Below are positions 25,415-39,900 of a stretch of DNA of 64,000 nucleotides, piece by piece. Made by a program: the position numbers and the translations under genes. Under the pieces are notes generated by a model, which did no database searches, was not told the origin of the DNA, and saw only the letters and a program-made list of their open reading frames with translations. Every line of letters starts with the position of its first letter. Position 1 is the first letter of the stretch. Source of the stretch: Octopus vulgaris (lineage: Eukaryota); the NCBI GenBank assembly GCA_951406725.2, contig OX597825.1:21762001-21826000 (forward strand), read 5' to 3'.

Positions 25415-26129
25415 GTGAGTACATCTTTGTTTCATTTTGCACACACATACACACACTCACACAAGCAAACAAAAACAAATACGCGCTCGTACACACGTGA
25501 AGATAAATACGCGTATTCTTTGTATTTCATATTTTTCGCGTATTTTCTTTGTATACTAATGCGACCAGAACTGTCTTTTAAGCAGCCATTTATAATCACC
25601 TCCATTTGTAACAGAACACAAAACGTCTCTCCCGTAACTACTTGCTTTTACTGCAAGTTCAGTATTTGTACATAATGCCATAGTATTTACTTTACAGAAT
25701 CTCAGAAACGCCTACTATGTTAATACCAGATTATTCTTGTTCGATTATAGTAATTTCTTACATTTTCTCCGCGTGGAAATTGTTTTTCGCAGTAAATCTT
25801 TGAAAATTCTTCAGTTTAAAAGCTATTGAAAAATGATTTCGCCAGCAACTTTAAGCAGAAATTACAACAATCGTATTTTGTCACATTTTTCGTTTTCTTT
25901 GCGTCCGTTTTAACCTTAAGCAGGTTGTTATTCGTCGTTCGTGCAGAAATGCTCAATCAGTTCCTACAATATGGAAAGAAGTAATAAAAAAAAAAAAATT
26001 AAAAGGTACAAGAAAGTTTAGTAATCAGTGATTCATCGTTAAATGAATTTTATTTCTAAAATCTTTTTGGTCAGAAATAATTCTCATGTTTAAAGTTGTA
26101 ATTCCGTCAAACACTGAATCATGCTCTAA

Positions 26130-26200
<71 letters not shown>

Positions 26201-26919
26201 CGTGTGAGTGTTTGTGTGTGTCCATGAGTATATGTATATATGCACATTAGTACATATACATATTTATACATACATATGCATTAAAGTTTGTTTTATTCGA
26301 ATTATACTAAAAGCACTATAACATTCTACTAAAGAATTATTCAAAACGTTTAGTGTAGCACATTTATTTTAACTTTTAAAAGACTGAGGAGAAGGTGACA
26401 GCAACTTAGAAGTTTGGTGCTTCTTGTCTTTGTCGGACAGTATAATGAATAGCAGCCAGCGAAAACTTCGAAGTTACTATCGAGCCCTCTTCGTGTATAA
26501 ATATTTAATCTGAATAACTTCCTTCATTTTAAAATGAATAGATTTTATATAAAATGTATACTGGAATTACTTCCCTGAAACATGTAAAACAGTCCTTAAG
26601 TTTCTTAACAAACACGATAAATAATGCCATGTTAGGTGTCCAGATGCAGATTTGGCATGGAAAGAAGGCAATGAATCATGATTTATATACAGTGTGTCCA
26701 TAAATTATCTTTACAACTTCCACACTTTATATGTAGATCGTTAGGTTTATATCTGCGTGTATGTACGTAATACATTGTATCCATCGACCGTTAGACGATG
26801 GTCACAGGGACACATGGACGCACATACACACAAACGCACACACACACATATATATATATATGTATATATGTATATATATATGTATATATATGTATGTATG
26901 TATATATATATATATATAA

Positions 26920-26971
<52 letters not shown>

Positions 26972-26973
<2 letters not shown>

Positions 26974-27292
26974 TTACTCTTTTACTTGTTTAAGTCATGT
27001 GACTGCGGCCATGTTGGAGCACCAACTTTAGTCGAGCAAATCGACCCCATCATCGGTTGTCAAGCGATGTTGGGGGGACAAACACAGACACACACAAACA
27101 CACATATATATATATACATATACATATATACGACGAACGTCTTTCAGTTTCTGTCTACCAAATCCACTCACAAGGCTTTGGTCGGCCCGAGGCTATAGTA
27201 GAAGACACTTGCCCAAGGTTCCACGCAGTGGGACTGAACCCGGAACAATGTGGTTGGTAAGCAAGCTACTTACCACACAGCCACTTCCTGCG

Positions 27293-27294
<2 letters not shown>
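26972..27294 (-). mobile_element. SINE family B with internal deletion, embedded in (TA)n
   Basis: Matches 22908-23314 but lacks the segment between ATCGACCCC and CATCGGTTGTCAAG. Confidence 0.9.
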
Positions 27295-27350
<56 letters not shown>

Positions 27351-27371
27351 TGTATATATATACATATATAT

Positions 27372-27424
<53 letters not shown>

Positions 27425-28805
27425 TATGTATGTATGTCCTGAGTAGGTAAACATTTAAAGCAATAGCGAATGCACGTTACATGTTACGAAGAATCCTGCG
27501 AAAAAATTTCACAAGTAAAAATGTCACGGAAAAAAGACACGGTTGTATAAAAGAAAGTTGAATAAAATTTGTTAAATAGTAATATACGCATTCATACATA
27601 CATATAAATATATATATACACATGTGTATATATATATATATATGTGTGTGTGAGTGTGAGTGTATGTACGTGTAATGTATGACTGTGTTGCTTGTGCTTG
27701 TGTGTGTGTGTGTGTGTGTGTGAATTTGTGCCTGTGTTATATTGTATAAAAACTCTATCAGACTGAAGTCTGTCAAACAGTTTTCATGTGTCGTTATGAT
27801 TAAGAAAAAACAATATAACATGGTTCATTAATAATTCAAAACCTTGTTTCAGTAACTTCCGTATATAATGACGGTAAGTTTTAAAACGCTAATTGTCTTT
27901 TGTAGTTTATTAATGAAAATACGATAGTTTTTATATATTTTATAAGCTTATTCTTAAAGAAACGAAGGTGTTATATTCTGTTGTGACTGGGGAGAGTCAT
28001 TTACTTTTTGTGCCTTATTATTTAACACACTCACCGGTAAAATTTCCACTTTTTTCTTATGTTTATTTCCCTAAACTTTTCGTTGCGTTTTGCCACCTTT
28101 TCTATAGTTTTAACTCTGTCCGTTATTTACACTGCGCTCCCTTTTGGTTGCTTGCGCGCATGTGTGTGGGTCAGTGCGTGTGTGTGTGCCTATACATGCA
28201 TGTATGTACGTATGTATGTGTGTGTGTTTTTGCATGTGTATGTATGTATATATCTGTGTATGCATATGTATATATGTATGTATGTGTGTGCATCTGTATA
28301 TACGAATCCTGTATATTTATGTGCTTGCCTGTCCGTGTTTGTGTATTTTCTATGTATGTATGTGTGAGCATGTGTTTGTCTATATATATGCACCCCTGTC
28401 TCCTTGTGTGTGCATGTCTGTGTGTGTGTTTGTGTTATGCAACTATGTACTTAAATAATAAGGCACAAAAAGAAAATGACTCTCCCCAGACACAACAGAA
28501 TACGCTTCAACACACGAACTCATATAAAGAATCTTGGGCACCAAATCCCAAAAAAGGAAGGTGTTATATATTTTCTAAGAAACATAGTCCTATCTTCAAA
28601 ATAACAAGCTTCAAAGAAAAATGCTTTTATTTCAAGAGAATCTTTTCATTTGTTGAGTTACATTGTATCTGCGACGGAGGATCTGTAAGATATAGAAAAT
28701 TAACATATATTTGGTTTGAACTGAATAATATACTAATTACGTGTCGCTCTCCCGCGATTCGGCTCGCACCACATACATATTCATACATAATTATTCCCAT
28801 TTACT

Positions 28806-28840
<35 letters not shown>

Positions 28841-29089
28841 GTATATACAGTATCAATACAATAAATGGTAAAAATGATAGCTTATAAAATACAATATCAG
28901 CTTAACGCTTTAACAGTTTATGCCTTCAATTTTCGGATATTATCTTTTCATAGGAAGATAGTAGATGCGTTTAGTGAGCGTAAAGATTATGAACACAACA
29001 GGAAAAAAGCTAGGAAACACGTAATGACTGTTCTAAGGAAGCTGCTATTTAAATACATATGTATATATGCATGCTTATACACACATATT

Positions 29090-29325
29090 AAGGAGCACTC
29101 CGTCGGTTACGTCGACGACGGTTCCAGCTGATACGATCAACGGAAGAGCATTCTCGTGAAATTGAGAGCCAAGAGGTTGAACAATCCACAGACAGGTGTG
29201 CTCTTAACGTAGTTCTAAGGGAGATTCGGCGTGACACAGAGTGTGACAAGGCTGGCCATTTGAAATACAAGTACTATTCATTTTTCGCCAGTTGAGCGAA
29301 CTGGAGCTCAAGGACACAACGCGAT
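29090..29325 (-). mobile_element. 3' portion of SINE family C
   Basis: CACTCCGTCGGTTACG...GGTTCCAGCTGAT is the reverse complement of the tails at about 39240-39325 and 54205-54292. Confidence 0.7.
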
Positions 29326-29469
29326 ATTTATACACACCGAGATATATACACACAAACACCACGTGTCCTCTATATGTGCATAAGGTACACTTGCGTATAT
29401 GTATATATGTCTGTGTCTGTCTGTCTGTATGTATGTATGTATGCATGTAAGTATGCTAGGGACACAAAA

Positions 29470-29700
29470 AAGGGATACATTCATCGAGAGTGAAAATAAT
29501 CCAAAAATGAATAAAGACGAAACACAGCAACGCGAGGACGTGGAACAAGTATAGTATTTTTGGACATTCAGGAAAGGAAAGAAAGAAGGAAAAGTTAACG
29601 TTTCGAGCGGAGCTCTTCGTCAGAAACATAGAAAAAGGAAAAGTCCAAGGAAGGGAAGACGGAGAAAGAAAATCGCCAACGATACACACGCTGTCACATA
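29470..29700 (-). mobile_element. Penelope-type terminus with canonical-core hammerhead (29594-29627)
   Basis: Minus strand: GTTT CTGACGA A GAGC TCC GCTC GAAAC GTT AAC. Confidence 0.65.
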
Positions 29701-30280
29701 TTGAACACTCAGCTATATAGCGTGTATGTTTCTAGCTGCTTTCATTTCTCAATATACTTCGTTTATTTGTGATCATATACGCATTTGTTATTAAATTTAT
29801 ATAGAGAAAATTAATTTATTTGTCATATGCTAATGGTACATTATTCTCAAGAGAAGTGGCATGCAATTCAACTCATCCACAGTCTGGTAGTTCAATTGCT
29901 TCTGATCGCTTATACCGATAGAATTCTCAATTGTTGATAATCATATTAGCGTGTATTAACAAATCTGTTTGTTAAATTGCTATATAGAACTTTACTCGCG
30001 ACTCAATTATTAAGTTCCACATCAGATCAAATGGGGAAACAATAATCATCTATTTACCTGTTATATATATATATGTATGTATATATGGATTAATTGCTTT
30101 TATTACAAATATGGTGATCATAGCATAGACAGAGATCAGATGGATGCTTGTATTGTACATGAATTGCTGCAGCTTTTTACAGTATATCTCAATAATTAAA
30201 ATATATAAATTTCGGTGAAGGAAGTAACTGAATCTGACTAAAGGCATATATGTATGTGCGCGCACACACACACACATACA

Positions 30281-30339
<59 letters not shown>

Positions 30340-30374
30340 GATAAGGGCAATTAATCCACATTCATATATATATA

Positions 30375-30456
30375 AAGTGTCTCCTACTATATAGTCTCGG
30401 GCCAACAAAAGCATTGTGAATGGATTTGGTAGACGGAAACTGAAAGAAGTCCGTCG

Positions 30457-30488
<32 letters not shown>

Positions 30489-30615
30489 CCGGTGTGTTTA
30501 AGTCACAAGAACATAGGAGCTAAGCAAAGGAGTGGGTCCTGGGGCCGATTTGTAGGACTAGAGGCGATGCTACAGCATGGCCGCAGTCAAATGACTGAAA
30601 GCAAAGTAAAATCAT
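30375..30615 (+). mobile_element. SINE family B, partial
   Basis: TGGATTTGGTAGACGGAAACTGAAAGAAG...CAGCATGGCCGCAGTCAAATGACTGAAA. Confidence 0.8.
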
Positions 30616-30619
30616 AAAA

Positions 30620-30679
<60 letters not shown>

Positions 30680-30874
30680 AAAGGATGTGTTATAATACTA
30701 TTCCATAGCCATACCAACAATCCAACATACCTCCATCATCAGCTGCCTCACGGATATCATCATGGTTTCGACACCTGAGCAGTGCCATTCAATTCAGGGA
30801 TGTCAACAGCTCTAAAAGAAGTGTTGCTTGTTAACAAACAAACAAACCAAAGAAACCACAACTTTCAAACACAT

Positions 30875-31518
30875 TGATCCGAGAAAATAACATTCTTCTG
30901 CTGCTCTAGGGGACAATTCTGTAGATTTTTACTCCACTGTAAATGCTTTGCAACGTTTGAAAGTAGTGGTTTTCTGATTGCAGCCTTCCCGTGAAATCTG
31001 GCTTTGTGCAGTTACCGGAGAATAGTTTTCGTTGAAACTGGGTTCTTGAGGTGGTCATTAAGCTCTGCAGTAATTTTGGGAGCTGTACTTTTGTGATCCT
31101 TTCTAATAATTCGTATAAGAGTCTAACGGTCCCTATCTGAATGTCTTGGGTTTCTTCCGGAGCTCTGTATCGACGAGGAGGTTTTTCCCTCTTTCTCAAA
31201 GGCTGTCATTACTTTCGCGACAGTACTTCTTGACAGAGCAAACATTTCGGCTGATTTTGTTACGTCAGCGCCTAGCACACGAGCACCAACAATTTGATCT
31301 GTTCGAAATTACGATAGATCTGTCATTTTAATGAATTTTAATTAACTTTTTTTCTGGTAATATCTGAAAAGAAAAACAATTTTAGCAAAACATATTATGC
31401 AACACTAATAATAAATAAAAAAATATAAAAAATAAACAAGCTTTTGACGGTCTTATAGATATTTCAAAATTATGATACTATGTTACTAGCTGTCACCATT
31501 ATTTCGTCCAACCGTTGT
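30875..31518 (-). mobile_element. Tc1-like transposon remnant (transposase N-terminal half, disrupted)
   Basis: From ATG at 31326, minus-strand translation gives QIVGARVLGADVTKSAEMFALSRSTVAKVMTAFEKEGKT, TAPKITAELNDHLKNPVSTKT, AAIRKPLL and NVIFSD. TIR-like CAACGGTTGGACGAAATAATGG near 31518. Confidence 0.85.
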
Positions 31519-31799
31519 GTGTGTGTGTCTCTCTCTACATATATATATATACATATGATGGCTGCAAACTCGTTTTGGAGTATTACCATCGCCTGATCGA
31601 AAGTCCGTCCCAAGTCTTATGTTTATGTTCAAGCGATGTCTGTACTTGATGATTTTTAATAGTGGGGGAAACCTGCGACACTGAAAAAACAAATATATAT
31701 GTGTTTGTATACACACATAAACAGAAAGTGAGGGACAGATAGAAACACAGAAGCATGTCCGGCAGTCGCCACGATAGATCGGTAGCCACTACACACATC

Positions 31800-32048
<249 letters not shown>

Positions 32049-32049
32049 C

Positions 32050-32415
32050 ATGTGTGGTAAGTAGCTTGCTTACCAACCACATGGTCCCATCGCGTGCCAC
32101 CTTGGGCAGGTGTCTTCTACTGTAGCTCCGGCCCGACCAAAGCCTTGTGAGTGGATTTGGTAGACGGAAAGTGAAAGAAGCCCGTCGTATATATGTATAT
32201 GTATATGTGTGTATGTATATGTTTGTGCCTCTGTGTTTGTGCCTCCAACACCACTTGACAACCGATGCTGGTGTGTTTACGTCCCCGTAACTTAGCGGTT
32301 CGGCAAAATAGGCCGATAGAATAAGTACTAGGCTTACAAAGAATAAGTCCTGGGGTCGACTGGTTCGACTAAAGGTGGTGCTCCTGTATGTCCGTAGTCA
32401 AATAACTGAAACAAG
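32050..32415 (+). mobile_element. SINE family B
   Basis: TGTGTGGTAAGTAGCTTGCTTACCAACCACATGG through GTAGTCAAATAACTGAAACAAG. Confidence 0.9.
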
Positions 32416-34404
32416 TTTAAAATATATATACATAGAGAGAGAGAAAGGGAGAGGGAGAGGGAGAGAGAGAGAATGGAAAGGGAGAGACAGATAGAAAGAG
32501 AGAGAAAGGGAAACATATATATATAGAGAGAGAGAGGTGGAGGTTTTTGTTTTTTAAAACTGATCCGCCTCCGATTCTCTATTCAAAAGCACAGTTCTTC
32601 CTCTTCATATCCTAATATCAATTCTATTCATTTCGCGCCGTTTTTTCGGTTCACAGGGAGTTTCCGTATCGTTTACAGATGAGATCTAGATGCTTATTAA
32701 ATTATCTGCAACTGCTTCTGCGTATTGTCTTTCAATAAACAAGTTGGCGGCATGTATCTAATTAGTTAGATAACAGTTAACGTGTGTGGGTAGAAAAATA
32801 TAAGTTTACATGCGTGCGTTTAATCAACATATCTAGAAAATTAAATAGTACGAAACTGCCTCATTACTTCTGTTGATTAATACTACTGTCAACGAATGTT
32901 CTGTTATGTAAATGAAGGCAATCGATAGCTGCTTCACATAGCATGTTTTGCAATGTGTGTAAGAGAGCATATTATTATGTAGAATAATATTAGCATCCTC
33001 ATGTTGTTGTTAAGCAACGATTTTCAGCGTCAGGATTTTATAGAAATCCTTAAAGATATGTAAGTGTCCATTGTTTGTCTAAACAATTAATCATTCCTTT
33101 TCACTCGCACAATCCGCTCATTCTCTCAATAATAATCCAAGGAATTATCTATATATTCTCACTTAAGTGATATGTCAATATTTCCAACAACGATGTTGTA
33201 AGCGACCTTGATCTAAGAGCGAGAGAACCTCTTAAACCGATTCTGCCATATAGAAGTTTAAAGAGGTGACACTTATCAGGTACCAAAGAAGGATTTAGCT
33301 ACAGTCAAAGAGTAAAAAGAAACTAGTTTCAATCGTTACTGTAAGGATAATGGCAACATCATGTTTCCGTATCAAATAAGATTTTAAACATCCGGATTAG
33401 GTAACATGAAAATATACTTCATCTCTTCGCTGTTGAAACAAATATATTCTTGAATGATAAAACTGAACAGCACTCTGTTACATAACATCGAAGAAAAAAT
33501 CTAAATTTAATTAAAAGGAGTTGTATCAAGTGCGTATTGTAAGCATCTAGATGGAGTGCAAAAATAGAAGATATTAATTTTTCTCCCATATATAATATAT
33601 TGATACAGTTAGTATATAACTGCTCAGAAGAAGCTCATTATTGCATTAAAACATATGAAGTCAAGAGAAGCAAAATCCGTTTTCGGAAATCCTTTGTACG
33701 ATTTAAAAAAAAAAAATTATTATTACATTTGTAGACATTTAATTTTGACTCTGATGTCACATAACCATTCCATTGTTAAAAATGCCTAAATATATGTGAG
33801 CTGTGATATACGTTCTAATATGTTTTGTTAGGAAAATGCATTTTAATAAATGTGAATTCCTATTCCTGAACGCATGGCCTCTAGGTTTGTAGATGAGGGA
33901 GATTTATAATCCCTCTACACCCTCAAATCTATGTACACGTCATTAAAACAACTAAATGTAATTATACACACGCTTATCTATAGCAATGAATGTAAATGTC
34001 TGTGCGTATGTCCTCGTGACTTCCTGACATTTAAACTCAGTTCCCTGAGGGTTTATCATTACAAGCGACAAATTTGGACTCAAAATAAACCGGGTCGTGT
34101 TTATATATTACTTTGGTCTGTCGCTCTGCGGTGCACATTCAGAATATCCTATGGCATCTTTAGTTCTTATGAGTAGAAATGTGTGTACTAAGAGATATAA
34201 CGAATGAAAACATAAGTATAGTGAGCAAACAAGATATATGTTGCTTGAGGAATTATAGTTAACTAATTAAGAAATTGGATGACAGGCAGTGAGGCAGGTG
34301 GTTGTAAAGCATTCTTCATATTGTTTTTGGACATAAATTCTTTCTTCCCATACTAAATTCCATAATACAGTTTCTTCAAAATGATTCCATTCTCCAAGAA
34401 GAGA

Positions 34405-34822
34405 CGGCGAGCTGGCAGAAACGTTAGCACGCCGGGTGAAATGCTTAACGGTATTTCGTCTGTCGCTACGTTCTGAGTTCAAATTCCGCCGAAGTCGACT
34501 TTGCCTTTTATTCTTTCGGGGTCGATTAAATAAGTACCAGTTACGCACTGGGGTCGATATAATCGACTTAATCTGTTTGTTTGTTCTTGTTTGTCCTCTC
34601 TGTGTTTAGCCCCTTGTAGGTAGTAAAGAGATAGGTATTTTGTCTGCCGCTACGTTCTGAGTTCTAATTCCGTCGAGGTAGACTTTGCCTTTCATCCTTT
34701 CGGGGTCGATAAATTAAGTACCAGTTGCGCACTGGGGGTCGATGTAATCGACTTAATCCGTCTGTCTGTTCTTGTTTGTCCCCTCTATGTTTAGCCCCTT
34801 GTGGGCAATAAATAAATAAGAA
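34405..34822 (+). mobile_element. SINE family A dimer
   Basis: Full unit to TAGTAAAGAGATAGG, followed by a second unit starting at GGTATTT. Confidence 0.9.
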
Positions 34823-35029
34823 GGGATCATTCTAGAATTATATCATGAGTCGGCTAATCGTTTCTTAAAGCAGTTTTTGCTCAAGTAGTTGAAATTAAAT
34901 TGCGCGAACTGTAAAAATTACATATTATTATCATAGGAACAACGTTAGAAATGTTGTACGTACGAATATTTAAATAAGAATCTTGTAAAACGATACCAGG
35001 CTGATACCTTTTCTACCTGTTATATTCCA

Positions 35030-35295
35030 CCGTACACTTTTGCCGAACAGCTAGGTTACAGGAACATAAACAAAACAGCACCGGTTGTCAAGCAGTGGGG
35101 GACTATTACAGACTAAAAGACACAAAAAAACACACACAAATACAGACGACGGGCTTCAACAGGGTTTCAGTCTTCCAAATTCACTTTCGAGACGTTGGCC
35201 GGCACGAGTCTATTGTAGAAGATACTTGCCCTAGCTACCACGCAAATGTGGCTGCAAATTGAGCTTCAGAACCAGAGAGCCATGTCTGCACCTAT
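35030..35295 (-). mobile_element. Diverged SINE family B
   Basis: TTTGCCGAACAGCTAGGTTACAGG...CCGGTTGTCAAGC...GACGGGCTTC...GTAGAAGATACTTGCCC. Confidence 0.7.
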
Positions 35296-35738
35296 AACGA
35301 AATTAATACAAAATTCACGTCCACAATAGTCAAAGCTTGTAAGTTTCACTAAAAAGCTGAGTGTCATTCCAATGGAGTTTTAACAGGATTGAGGGTAAGA
35401 TATGATATGTTGAAAATTTAGACTGGACAAATTACAAAACCTCAGCGGTACCCAAGGGTTCAGGACTTCGGGTAAACTATCGACATGACAAACTTTCGTG
35501 TGGTAAGTTACATTTATGCAACGAAGAAATCGCTGCTGTTATCTCGTGTCATTTTTATGAGATTCTTCTCTTCAACGTTCTCACTTAGAGTCCAAATTAT
35601 ATCAGCTGTCAACAGAAACTTGTCAGGAAGATTGGTCTGAGAGAAATATTTTGACTAGTAAATACATGATAATCTGTAAGCCAAATCTTGCGTTCATAGT
35701 CATAACAATTAAGTGGTTGAAAAACAACGGCAATATTC

Positions 35739-36110
35739 TTATTACCACCGCATTGGCGAAGGCGGAGGTATTGTTTTCAGTCGTGTTTGTTTGTTTCTTT
35801 GTCCGTGGACAAAATATCTCAAGAACCGCTGGTTGGATTCAGATGAAACTTTCAGAGATATTTGGTATCGTGACTGGCACCAACTGATTAGGTTTGGGGA
35901 TCGATCCTGTACCGGACAAGGATTCTGGATTATTTTCCGGTTCTTTTCTTAGTTTTTGAGAGTGTTCAGGTTCAGTTTTAGTATTCCCGTTTGTGAAAGC
36001 AGTCGAGTTTATTTCAGATATTCTCATTTTAAAAAGTCATCGCCGTTAATTGTTAAGAGGACGTTGGTGTTGCCTTGGTGAAGGTTTGTTTTCTCTGAGT
36101 GCTCTTGTTT
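35739..36110 (+). mobile_element. Helentron-associated (HINE/DINE-1-like) non-autonomous element
   Basis: 5' TTATTACCACCGC...GGCGGAGGT inverted motif, (GTTT)n, internal GCTGGTTGGATTCAGATGAAACTTT, 3' CCTTGGTGAAGGTTTG...CTCTGAGTGC. Confidence 0.65.
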
Positions 36111-36270
36111 ATATTTAGTTACAATATAACAGTACGCATATCATGCTTTGATACACAATGATGTATTATTATTAACTAGTAATTGGAATCAAAATATAAG
36201 AATTAGATTAGGTCATATATTGTGACCTAATCAGAATATTTAATGCACATATATTGTGCATTAAATTTAA

Positions 36271-36306
<36 letters not shown>

Positions 36307-38273
36307 ACACACATACACACATGTATATATGGATTTGGATACGCAGGCAACCAGTTTTTCAATTATTCTATCGATAGTAGAATGGACGTGTAAAATGTTC
36401 TGATTGTAGCCAGGTCAATGTGAACAGAAATAGCATTAGAATATCACATTAGAATATTGCATAAAAGTTAAGAGTCTCCGCTAGTGCAGTATTGTTCACA
36501 CTATCGATCATCTGATTATATCTAATGGATTGCTTCCTCGTTTTTCTTCTCTATCTCACTACGGACATGAAAGTGTTGCGTGCGCAGTGTTTTCTTTTTT
36601 CAGTTTGGCATTTGTATATTAACAAGAGCTCATACCTTAATTCGCTCAACAGCTTAAAATTGCATCCTTTTATTGTCGGTGATCTATCAACGCAAAATGA
36701 GGAATAGATCTCCAATGCTGAATAATGAAAACCAATATCCGTCTATTTGACAAGATATGAATGAAATCCAATTCTTTCAGAGTTATTCGCGGTTTGTATC
36801 TGTACCTTTTATCACTTTTTCGTGTTGGACACAATGATGGCAATACATGAATTATAGCAACATTTTTCGTTCATTGTATCTACATATGAAAGTTGATTAA
36901 TATAGACGCAAAATGAAAAATGAATGAACATATTCTGTAGTATTGTCTGTCACGACACATGTTAAGTATAATAAAGAAGTGTGTACGCAAATATTGGTTC
37001 CTAGATATCAACTCCAAGCTAAGAGGTGTTTTCTTCTTCAGTCAGTAATAAGTGTAAGATTTCTCACCAATATACCGGCTCTATAGATGATATATTCTAT
37101 AAGATTTCTATAACGTACTTAATACATTAAGTTCCGGCATAGATAATACATTTACATACCATTTACGGCTATTTTTCCCCCTCCATATTTATCATGTCTG
37201 GCGGAAATATTTATACATTGAAAAAGATTTACATTGACTATTACATAATTATGTACTTAATATATATATATATATATAGAAATAGTGAAGCTGTTCTTCC
37301 AAATTTTCCAAATATATCGTTCATGCAACAGTAATTTTAATGATTTCTTGTTGGTTGGTTTCTATTTATTCATAAAAATTTGCTGTAACTTATCATATTA
37401 CATTATATTAAGATATCGACTCACTTCTCAACTGGTCACGAAGTGATAGTATAGGGCGACGAAAGCAAAATGTCTTACACTCCATTGTGTGTTCCACAAA
37501 AAAAACTGTTAAACTGTTAAATATGATAAAAAAAGGCGTCTGAGATTATTATGATGGAGTTACACATTTTGATGACGAGGAATGGTTTTCCTGAGTAACG
37601 GAATTGTTCAAAGATAAGAAAAGAAAAATAAGACTGACAATTGAGGTAAATGGGAAGCTACTATTGCATGTATACGGTAGGAACTCAGAACTAACCATTG
37701 CCATACACGAAAAACTTGTGAATACAAAGTGGGTAGGAAATGTCTTCTTGGTCGAAAGACAAGATGACTGTATCTTCATTAAGGAGTCATTATAAGGTTG
37801 AAACTTCAGTCAAGTCCCGCGATACGATTGCCGAGGGATAAAACGCAGTAAATTGCATAAGACCGCAAAAATGATGCGAGAAGATAAAACAATAAATTCA
37901 TAGCCTCGTAAATGAAAACGAATAATAAATTCATTGTTAGCTAATCAGTTTGAAGTATGTAAATGGAATCTTTTTGCTACATGAGTATTGAACAACCGTC
38001 AAATTTTAATTAGCTTTTAATGAACGTGTTTGCAAAGTTTGAGGCTATCTTTGGCTCAGCTGTCTGAAATCATAGCGATTATACAAAACCGGAAAGTAGC
38101 CATGTCTATCATACATTTTTGCCACCCAATCTTCTTGGTAAACGTAAAATATTGTTGTATGTCTTAATGTTTCAATACCTGACAAAATAGATAGAAATAT
38201 TGCTTCGATCAATATACATAAATGCATGTATAGATCCGAACATACACAGACATATGCATACACAAACAGACAG

Positions 38274-38338
<65 letters not shown>

Positions 38339-38869
38339 GAGTTAATTACTAAATGAAATCATAAATAAGAAAGCGAATTAATAAGAAAGCGAAAGGTGAT
38401 TGAAAATCGGTCAAAATGAGAAAATGAGAAAATAATTCAAGCTAAAAACAAATCAAAGCAAAGCAAAAATCCTTTTCGATTCGACAAAAAGGGGCAAGGG
38501 GTTCGGGAAAGATTCGAAACATACCGTTGGAATATTTACGTCAGTAATGAGGGTGAAATACAGTGGGATACGAGATAAAAGGGATCAAAAGAGAACAGCG
38601 AAGATTATATGGATGGAAAAATGCAAATGTTAATGTATATGCACGAAGGAGAACATATATGCAGACAGAAGCATACACAGAAAAATGTGTGCGTGTGCGC
38701 GTGCGGACGTGTGTGCGTGTGCGAATGTGTGTGTGTGTATTCGTGTGTGTGTTTGTGTGTGTGCATGTGTGCGTGCGGGTTCGTTTAGAATCGAGCTACT
38801 TTTCAACCTGCCACATTGCTTATAACGAAGGGTAAAGAGCAACAGATTGTCACACATACGGCAAGAGTG

Positions 38870-39900
38870 AAGCAATAGTCACCAGCGCCTAGTGTACTGA
38901 AAGCAGATACCCTCACATATTCTCAACAGCTTCCCCAGAGTTTAACTGATAGCTGCTATCACTGCAGACATGACCAGGTACTCAATGATGTTGCAGTGTC
39001 GATAACAACAGCCATGGAAAGCCCGTGGCTTAGTGGTTAGGGCGTTTGACTGACAATCGTGTGTTCGATTCCAGGCGGCGCGTTGTGTCATTGAGCAAAA
39101 CACTTTATTTCTCGTCCCCATCAGTCCACTCATTTCGTAGAAATGGGTAGGACCTCTATTTCAAAGGGCAAGCCTGGTCATATTATGTGTCACGCTGACT
39201 CTCCTTGTGAGCTATGTTAAGGGGTACCCGTTTCTCTGAAGTGCTCAGCCACTTGCACGTTAATTATACGAGTAGGCTGTTCTATTCATTAACTGGAAAC
39301 CTCATTATCATAACCGATGGAGTGTCAGTTTAAGAAAATAAAGCAACAGCCAATAATTCCAGTAAACACCACGTCAGGAAGGAGGCCATTTCTTTTCTCA
39401 AAGGTGAGAGCTGATCTTGTCAAAAAGTTAAAGGCCGTTGTGCACATCATGCCGACAACATTCCGCTCAGACATAGCTATTTTCACAAATTGAATAATAA
39501 AGATGATTATGGCCATGGGAAGAACACATGGAGGGAGAAGCTAATGAAAGAAAACATACCAAGAGCTGATAGTGTTGTGAAGAAACCAAAATTAAGGGAC
39601 ACGCTTCGAGGCAATTAACAGACTGTTGGTGTTTCGTTGAGCGTTCTCTCTATGAGGCTATGACAAGTGTTAGAGTTATTGGTGCGCCAATGTTGAGCGC
39701 CATAAATTCCATCATTGAAGCTACAGAGGAAACCACTTAGTTGTTTTGGGTAAAGAGGGCAGAGTGTGGTTTTCTGCTACTAGAATGCAAGCTACGACTT
39801 GACCAACTCTGGTTGGGTCAATGGGCAAGCATATCTGACAGTGAAAACGTCCTGCTAAACCTTCGAAAGATCAATAAGTATGCCTCTCGGTGTATCTGTG
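38870..39900 (+). mobile_element. HERO-like (R2 group, RLE) non-LTR retrotransposon 3' remnant, interrupted by a SINE
   Basis: Degenerate translation HILNSFPR, RHDQVLNDVAVSI, then after the SINE NNSSKHHVRKEAISFLKGE, PTTFRSDIAIF, PWEEH, ANERK and EATEETT*LFWVKR. This follows the HERO motif order RHDQVL / RPD / PWEE / WLW-x-KR. Confidence 0.75.
39015..39343 (+). mobile_element. SINE family C inserted into the HERO-like element
   Basis: GTGGCTTAGTGGTTAGGG head. CAACAGCCA at 39006-39014 and 39344-39352 (TSD). Confidence 0.85.

Noticed and set aside
26687-26720. TACAGTGTGTCCATAAA, resembling a Tc1/mariner TIR
   Set aside because: No partner TIR or transposase sequence found nearby.
27968-28864. 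298-aa ORF, and the many YI/CV/HT-rich ORFs in the track
   Set aside because: Produced by TG/TA dinucleotide low-complexity sequence; no domain signal.
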